Positions 61,496 to 64,000 of a stretch of DNA of 64,000 nt are shown piece after piece. A program made the position numbers and the translations under genes. Under the pieces are notes generated by a model. It had not been told where the DNA came from, did no database searches, and worked only from the letters and a program-made list of their open reading frames with translations. The stretch comes from Rhodospirillaceae bacterium (GTDB lineage Bacteria > Pseudomonadota > Alphaproteobacteria > UBA7887), in NCBI GenBank assembly GCA_002728255.1, contig PBWV01000044.1:17927-81926 (forward strand). The letters are read 5' to 3'. Every line of letters begins with the position of its first letter. Positions within the stretch are counted from its first letter, which is position 1.

Positions 61496-62835
61496 CCTCT
61501 CCTACCCCTGAGCCGTGACTTCTTAATAAGACCCTCATATTGATGAGCCAACAAATGAGAATGAACCTGACCTACAAAATCCATATTAACGTTAACCACT
61601 ATCAATAGACTTGTACCTCCAAAATAGAACGGCACAGCATATTGGGAGATTAATATTTCGGGTAGCACACAAACTGCAGAAAGATAAATAGCGCCCACCG
61701 TTGTCAAACGCCGCAAGACGTAGTCGATATACTCAGCGGTATTTTTTCCCGGCCTGATACCAGGGATAAAACCATTATTTTTCTTCAAGTTATCCGCCGT
61801 ATCCTCGGGGTTAAATACTACCGAGGTATAAAAGAAGGCAAAAAATACGATCAATGAGATGTACAACAACAAATAGGCTGGAGAACCTCTAGAAAGGAGC
61901 GCCGCAAAATCGGACAACCACCCGGGCCCACTCGCCGCTGAAAAGCTCATCGCTGTTATGGGTAACAGTAGAAGAGAACTGGCAAAAATTGGCGGGATCA
62001 CACCCGCCGTGTTTAATTTTAAGGGAAGATGACTATTTTCCCCTCCAAACATCCTATTTCCAACTTGACGCTTCGGATACTGCACAATGAGGCGCCTCTG
62101 CGCCCTTTCAACAAATACGATAAACGCTATGACTGCGATCGCCATAACCATCAGAAGAATAATAAACAGGGCAGACAGGGCACCCGTGCGGCCTAATTCT
62201 AATGTGGTAGCCATTGCCGATGGGAGCTCTGCGACGATACCCGCCATAATTATCAGAGATATCCCATTACCTACCCCTCGAGCAGTTATTTGTTCGCCAA
62301 GCCACATAAGGAAAATTGTTCCACCTACCAAAGTAATAACCGTAATAGCACGAAAAGTAAGACCAGGATCCAAAACTGCAGAACCTTGGCTCCCCGTCAT
62401 TCCTTCCAGACCAACGGCAATGCCAAGACCTTGAAAAGTGGCTAAAATAACTGTTCCATACCGCGTGTATTGCGTGATTTTTCGGCGCCCGGAATCCCCT
62501 TCCTTTTTCAACTGCGCCAAGTGCGGCGATACCGTGGTCATCAACTGAATAATTATTGAGGCGGAAATATAGGGCATTATATTTAGAGCAAAAATAGTCA
62601 TTCGACCAAGCGCTCCACCCGAAAACATATTAAACATCCCTATTATTCCAGCCGCCTGCTGGCGAAAAACATCCTCCAAAATTATTGGGTCAATTCCAGG
62701 CAAAGGTATATAGGTCCCCAACCGATATACGATTAAAGCACCAAATGTGAACCACAACCTCTTCTTCAACTCCGTTGCTTTTGCTAGAGCTCCAAAGTTA
62801 ATATTTGCTGCGAGTTGTTCTGCTGCTGAGGGCAT
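61492..62835 (-). CDS. secY: Preprotein translocase SecY
   Basis: IMPYISASII, GVGNGISL, GVIPPIFAS, IPGIRPG, FGGTSLLI. Confidence 0.98.
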   Translation of the reverse strand: MPSAAEQLAANINFGALAKATELKKRLWFTFGALIVYRLGTYIPLPGIDPIILEDVFRQQAAGIIGMFNMFSGGALGRMTIFALNIMPYISASIIIQLMTTVSPHLAQLKKEGDSGRRKITQYTRYGTVILATFQGLGIAVGLEGMTGSQGSAVLDPGLTFRAITVITLVGGTIFLMWLGEQITARGVGNGISLIIMAGIVAELPSAMATTLELGRTGALSALFIILLMVMAIAVIAFIVFVERAQRRLIVQYPKRQVGNRMFGGENSHLPLKLNTAGVIPPIFASSLLLLPITAMSFSAASGPGWLSDFAALLSRGSPAYLLLYISLIVFFAFFYTSVVFNPEDTADNLKKNNGFIPGIRPGKNTAEYIDYVLRRLTTVGAIYLSAVCVLPEILISQYAVPFYFGGTSLLIVVNVNMDFVGQVHSHLLAHQYEGLIKKSRLRGRRG

Positions 62836-62868
62836 TACCTACCTAGTACAAAAATAATTCCTGATCTC

Positions 62869-63390
62869 TTAATCACCGGTCGAAACAGAATCCGACCTAT
62901 CCCGTCTCTCAGGGGCAACCTTTCCCGTGCCCTGCAAGATCTTTATTTCACCACCTACCTTCTTAAAGGCTTTCATAGCCCCCGCGGTGGCACCGCTAAC
63001 CTCTATATTTATCTTAGCAGTTAAATCTCCATTCCCTAAAAGACGCACTCCATTAGGAGCCCCCGAGATCAACCCAGCCGTTTCAAGCGACTTTATATCC
63101 ATAAAGCCCTCGCCAACTGTTAACCTACCTCTATCTATCGCCGCCTGGATCTGGCCTACATTGACTTCAGCATATTTTTTTGAAAACTTATTGTTAAAAC
63201 CCCGCTTTGGTAAGCGTCTATAAAGAGGCATTTGCCCCCCTTCGAATCCTTTTATAGCAACTCCGGATCGCGATTTTTGCCCCTTATGACCACGGCCCGC
63301 AGTCTTCCCTGAACCCGACCCAATGCCGCGACCAACTCTCGAACGCTCGCGACTAGCTCCGGGGTTATCACGCAGTTCATTCAGCTTCAT
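62869..63390 (-). CDS. rplO: 50S ribosomal protein L15
   Basis: [33 protein letters not shown]. Confidence 0.97.
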   Translation of the reverse strand: MKLNELRDNPGASRERSRVGRGIGSGSGKTAGRGHKGQKSRSGVAIKGFEGGQMPLYRRLPKRGFNNKFSKKYAEVNVGQIQAAIDRGRLTVGEGFMDIKSLETAGLISGAPNGVRLLGNGDLTAKINIEVSGATAGAMKAFKKVGGEIKILQGTGKVAPERRDRSDSVSTGD

Positions 63391-63427
63391 TCCCAACAAC
63401 CTCCCAACATCCCTCCAACCATTCTGC

Positions 63428-63625
63428 TCACTCAACGATCTCCACATGAACAAGATGCTGGACCTTAGTTATCATTCCTCGTATGGAGGGACTATTATCT
63501 AGCACCCGAGTACGATTTAATTTATTCAACCCCAACCCAACCAACGTGGCTTTTTGATCTTTGGGCCGACCTATTCCACTGCCTATCTGTGTGACCCGCA
63601 ATCGTCCGACTTCATTCTGCGCCAT
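63428..63625 (-). CDS. rpmD: 50S ribosomal protein L30
   Basis: VTQIGS.IGR...Q.ATL.GLGL...GMI.KV.HLV. Confidence 0.95.
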   Translation of the reverse strand: MAQNEVGRLRVTQIGSGIGRPKDQKATLVGLGLNKLNRTRVLDNSPSIRGMITKVQHLVHVEIVE

Positions 63626-64000
63626 CGCGAACCCTTTCCCTGGCAACACCAGCTTTCCCACGATTAGCAAGGACCTCCCCAATCTTCTTATTTCGCTTTG
63701 CCGCCGTCGAGCGTGGCGATTCAATTTTAGCTAGTGCGTCAAACGTAGCACGCACCATATTATACGGATTAGCGCTCCCTATAGATTTGGTCACCACATC
63801 CTGCACACCCAGCGTTTCAAACACGGCCCTCATTGGCCCCCCGGCAATTATTCCTGTACCAGGAGGAGCCGCCCTCAGAACCACCCGCCCAGCTCCAAAC
63901 CGACCGTTAACGTCGTGGTGTAGTGTTCGGCCTTCCCGAAGTGGAACCCGCACTAGGCGGCCCTGAGCTGTCTGAGTTGCCTTTCTGATAGCCTCCGGCA
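63612..64000 (-). CDS. rpsE: 30S ribosomal protein S5 (5'-truncated by window)
   Basis: [23 protein letters not shown]; position before rpmD. Confidence 0.95.
   Translation of the reverse strand, partial: PEAIRKATQTAQGRLVRVPLREGRTLHHDVNGRFGAGRVVLRAAPPGTGIIAGGPMRAVFETLGVQDVVTKSIGSANPYNMVRATFDALAKIESPRSTAAKRNKKIGEVLANRGKAGVARERVRDGAE

Noticed and set aside
58838-62835. Absence of rpsD, rpmJ, infA and map from the secY-rpoA region
   Set aside because: Normal alphaproteobacterial arrangement

Overview
Chromosomal window from an alphaproteobacterium, probably Rhodospirillales-like. The evidence is the gene order secY-adk-rpsM-rpsK-rpoA-rplQ-degP-rarA-crcB-rluC, S49-glyQ-glyS-ppdK and mgtE-tRNA-Leu-lipB, at moderate GC. 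Most genes are on the minus strand. Core blocks are the end of the spc/alpha ribosomal operon, pccBA, lipB, mgtE, glyQS/ppdK, queCE and an LPS glycosyltransferase-asnB operon. Between them are many single catabolic/redox genes: IorAB, three different Fe(II)/2OG oxygenase families, D-aminoacylase, a CoA-transferase, an enolase-superfamily dehydratase and SDRs. Two tRNAs are present (Phe-GAA, Leu-GAG). I found no CRISPR array, intact transposase, intact integrase or rRNA. The most noteworthy items are: (1) a co-oriented NosR/NirI-like -> SoxC-like -> monoheme cytochrome c -> putative outer-membrane barrel cluster with no nos or other sox genes, where the NosR-like protein seems to have lost its flavinylation Thr; (2) a cluster of apparently exported ApbE, amidohydrolase and rhodanese; (3) a relic attachment site (17-bp direct repeats plus a possible eroded integrase tail) at the tRNA-Phe 3' end, next to orphan genes; (4) a clear sigma32 promoter plus ROSE thermometer on ibpA. 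All calls come from motif recognition by eye; no searches were run.
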